A DNA stretch of 51,648 nucleotides from Folioceros fuciformis. Lineage: Eukaryota. Positions within the stretch are counted from its first letter, which is position 1. Each line of letters starts with the position of its first letter. The stretch is taken from the NCBI GenBank assembly GCA_049999805.1, contig JBNGIO010004087.1, forward strand, positions 1-51,648. The letters are read 5' to 3'. The translations under genes were made by a program, and so were the position numbers. Shown here in pieces: positions 48,301-51,648 of the stretch. Below the pieces are notes generated by a model that saw nothing but the letters and a program-made list of their open reading frames with translations, had not been told where the DNA came from and did not search any database.

Positions 48301-49997
48301 TCTCCAGTTAAAAGTCCAGATATATGCTACTTGCTGCATATTGGCACATTTGTTTAGGAACAAGATGGCGTGATGTTTCTGAGTACAGCTTACTGTTATG
48401 CTGTGATTTTCCGCTTTGGGTGCTTTTGGTCCTGATTGTCAAGCTGCTACCTCTAAACGATCTAGGAGAAGTATTTCAAAAATGCAGTACATATTGCATT
48501 TGGAAAAGATCTCACATAAAACCCTAGAATTTTGCAAAGTAAAAGGACAACTCTTTTTGCAACTTAGTTTATGACTGAATGTTGGCACTGCTATCATTCA
48601 CTTACAACGAAAACTGGCCTGTGCAGTTGGGAGACTCAATCTTCCCAATGAAGGAAGACTTTATCATGGTTCACATGCACTTCGCTTGTTCACATTGTCG
48701 CATGTTCATTGTAGCCGGAAAACTCTGGAGTTGTGCCAGCTGCAAATTTTGGCTGTGCAACAGGTGGGTTGATGGGTGCTGCGTCCTCAACTCCTTGCAG
48801 CATCTGCTCAGCTTTTGTGGTCTGTACAGTTATTCACAATAGAAGGATTGTTCGAAACGACAAAAGTGTCTTACTTTTGTCTCGTTTGCTTTCAGGTGCT
48901 ATGAGAACGAGCAAAAAGTTGATGAAAGGGAGCGGCACCCAACTTCAAGCAAGGAGAAACATGCTTTTGATATGGTACGCCTGATGATGGTATCTTGAGC
49001 ATCTGCTTGGCATTTATCTGATTTCTGGTACAGGGACTGACTTTTCTGCTATCCCTGTTGCAGTCATTTGTCACTGATGTCCCTGTAGACACACGGGATA
49101 AGGATGAGATAATGGAAAGCGAATTTTTTGACACTCGGCAGGCATTTCTCAGTTTGTGTCAGGGTAATCACTATCAGTATGATACTCTACGTCGGGCAAA
49201 ACATTCCTCAATGATGGTCCTGTACCACTTGCATAATCCAACGGCACCGGCATTTGTGGCAACGTGCAACAGTTGCAACCGTGATATTGATACTGGCCAA
49301 GGGTGGAGGTGTGAAACGTGTGTCGATTTTGACCTTTGTCATGCATGTAAAGACACTGCTACTCATGAGCACAAACTAGTCATGCATTCGGAGAGGAATG
49401 CTCAAAACAAGGAGGCTCGGCAGATGCGTGTCTTACAGGTATTTTGTAGTTTGCCATGTTCAGCCGATTGTGTTTGCAGGTCACAGCATGTGTTTGGGTC
49501 ATTTCTCTGTCGATATCCATTTGCCTCTGCTGGGTTTTTTCTCACATATGATTGCCGTGGTGCAGCTGCGAAAGATGCTGGATCTGCTTGTGCATGCATC
49601 TCAATGTGGGCAGCACGCCCAGTGTAATTATCCGAAATGCCACAGTGTGAAGATGCTCTTTAGACATGGAATGTATTGTGCAGTCCGAGCATCGGGAGGG
49701 TGTGCTCTCTGCAAGAGGATGTGGTACTTGTTGCAGCTACATGCTAGGGCGTGTAAGGAACCTGTGTGTAGGGTTCCTCGATGCAAGTATGTTTTCTTAC
49801 TCTTGAAGTCTTCTCGTACAGTTGTGACATCTGTCAGAGTGTTATTTATTAGACGTTTGTGTAACTGTGCACTGTCTACCAGGGACTTAAAGGAGCATCT
49901 TCGACGCCTAACCCAGCAAGCGGAATCTAGAAGAAGGGCTGCAGTAAATGAGATGATGAGGCAGCGTGCTGCTGAAGCTGCTGGCAGTACAGGCTAA
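42317..49997 (+). CDS. HAC1: CBP/p300-type histone acetyltransferase (HAC1-like), about 15 exons
   Basis: Start [30 protein letters not shown] repeats, Gln-rich region, TAZ ([11 protein letters not shown]), PHD ([17 protein letters not shown]), KAT11 HAT ([36 protein letters not shown]), two ZZ fingers and a C-terminal TAZ; ends [12 protein letters not shown]. Confidence 0.96.
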
Positions 49998-51302
49998 TTT
50001 TCAGTGAAGCTATTTGCTGCTGACTTTCTGACAGCCTTGCAGTGATTGTTTCTTTGAGCAGTTTCACCTTGTTCAGATTCAAAGCCTCAGCATAGAGTAT
50101 GCAGCCTTTCTGATGCTTAGATCTATGGGTCTACGGCACCATGTGCTGGCTTTACCTGAACAAGGACCAAGATCAGAGGCGAGAGATGTCGGAGTCCTAC
50201 ATAGCTGTGTTAGTTCTAGATTCGTCATTTCATTAGTCGAGGAAGTATTTTGTGACCCTGTGCCATAGCATCTTGATTGATTACAAAACCAGACATCATT
50301 TTTTTCCTGCTAACAGGATGAGCAACAGCAGCGCTTGGCCCTGGATTAAGACGACCGGGTCAGATGGAAGAGTTGTTTTTGTGTATTTCTAGTGGACAAG
50401 AGCAACGTAGGTGCCTGGCTGATTGGTGGATTAAGGTGTTGTGTTGCCAGTCCACCAACCTCAGGCCGGGAACATTCGCACATAGGAGAACTTCTATCCG
50501 CTACATTTCAGAAACTGTTTTTTTTTTTTTCTTTCTGCAAAAGAGCTTCAAGCAGGGTCGATCCTTCTGTTCCTGTGCTGCATAGGTGCATCAGTTTCTC
50601 CAGGTGTGGAATTCTCTCGTTATTCCTTACATTTTGCGTTAACTTCTCATCCCGCTCACCCTTGTATCTACTAAGGTTTTTCCTTGTGGTGCAGTTGTAG
50701 TTCTGTGGAAATGCTGGACTCTCCGACCATGCTGTTTCTCACCTGACGAAGAGGTCTTTGTTTGTGTCCAGCTAAGTCTATCTTGTCTGAGAAACGGCAC
50801 TTTATTTATCTTGGTGCAGAGTGTTCATGGCATCAACTGGGATCGAACTTGATTCAGTTGAGAAAGGCTTCTGCTGCATCTTGTACAGTAACTTGCAGTG
50901 GCCTATTTGCAAGCAGCAACTATCAATTTTGCTAATGGTTCAGAGCCAGTTGATCAAGTATAATCTGGGCACCGCATAGTTCTTCGGGTATTGAGTGGCA
51001 CTGAAATTGAAGTTTCTACCCATTTGGTCTTGAGTTGTACATGGGAGAACATTCCGTCTCCTTTTAGGGTGTCGGGTCCTTGAGTATGTCTTCCTACCCA
51101 AGGAAGGACCATAGTGGAATGATGAGAAGGACCGTGCGATGCACCTAACGTTTCTTTTTAACCATGTTGGAGTAAAACGATTCTGCCTTATCGTCCTTGG
51201 ATTGAACATTTCGTTGTATTTTTTAGACAGAGGATATGCGCTGGATAGGACAATGATGAGTGCGGGAAACCATGACAATGTGTCATGGTGTCTCGTCAGG
51301 CC

Positions 51303-51457
51303 AGCTTCACCGGGACAACAATGAGGTTTGGCTTCTCCTGGACAAGAATGGGTTTGGCTTCTCCGGGACAACAATGAGTTTGGCTTCTCCGGGATAGGAA
51401 AGAGTTTGGCTTCTCCTGGACAACAACGAGTTTGGCTTCTCCGGGACAACAATGAGT
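51303..51457. repeat. ~26-bp minisatellite, about 6 copies
   Basis: GTTTGGCTTCTCC(G/T)GGACAACAATGA units. Confidence 0.85.
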
Positions 51458-51648
51458 GCAGGGAACGAACGAGCTTCTTCCGTGAAGAGGAAGGACCGAG
51501 CTTCTTTCGTAGTGGGAAAGGAGCTTGTGGTGGAGGGTAGCCCTTTTCAAGTTGCGGACTAAGAAAAATTCTTCAAACAGTTGGTGAGTAATTTCAACAA
51601 AGGCGACATGGGACTTATCCCTAGATTCAATGTCCTTCGTTGTGTGTG

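Overview
Gene-dense nuclear DNA from a seed-free land plant, most likely a hornwort such as Anthoceros. This is inferred from short GT-AG introns, a PLS-PPR protein ending in the DYW:KP/'GRP' variant, a nuclear-encoded mitochondrial-type rps4 and a flagellum-type coiled-coil gene. Genes in order: plastid-type DHAR (-); degenerate Ty1/copia remnant; PPR pseudogene; intact PDF-PPR-DYW:KP gene (-); beta-carbonic anhydrase (+); ODA-docking-complex-like coiled-coil gene (-); NPH3/BTB gene (-) next to a 100-N gap; AlkB-family dioxygenase (-); RUS/DUF647 gene (-); small Cys-rich protein (+); SpoU/TrmH methyltransferase (-); tRNA-Ile(AAT) (+); plant coiled-coil protein (+); nuclear mitochondrial rps4 (-); intronless ISU/IscU (+); CBP/p300-type HAC histone acetyltransferase (+). 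The most striking feature is the PPR gene at 8485-10770. It fuses an OSB-type PDF single-stranded-DNA-binding motif to a PLS RNA-binding array and a DYW:KP (GRP) domain of the class linked to U-to-C RNA editing. Exon boundaries were read by eye and family calls come from motif recognition, not database searches.
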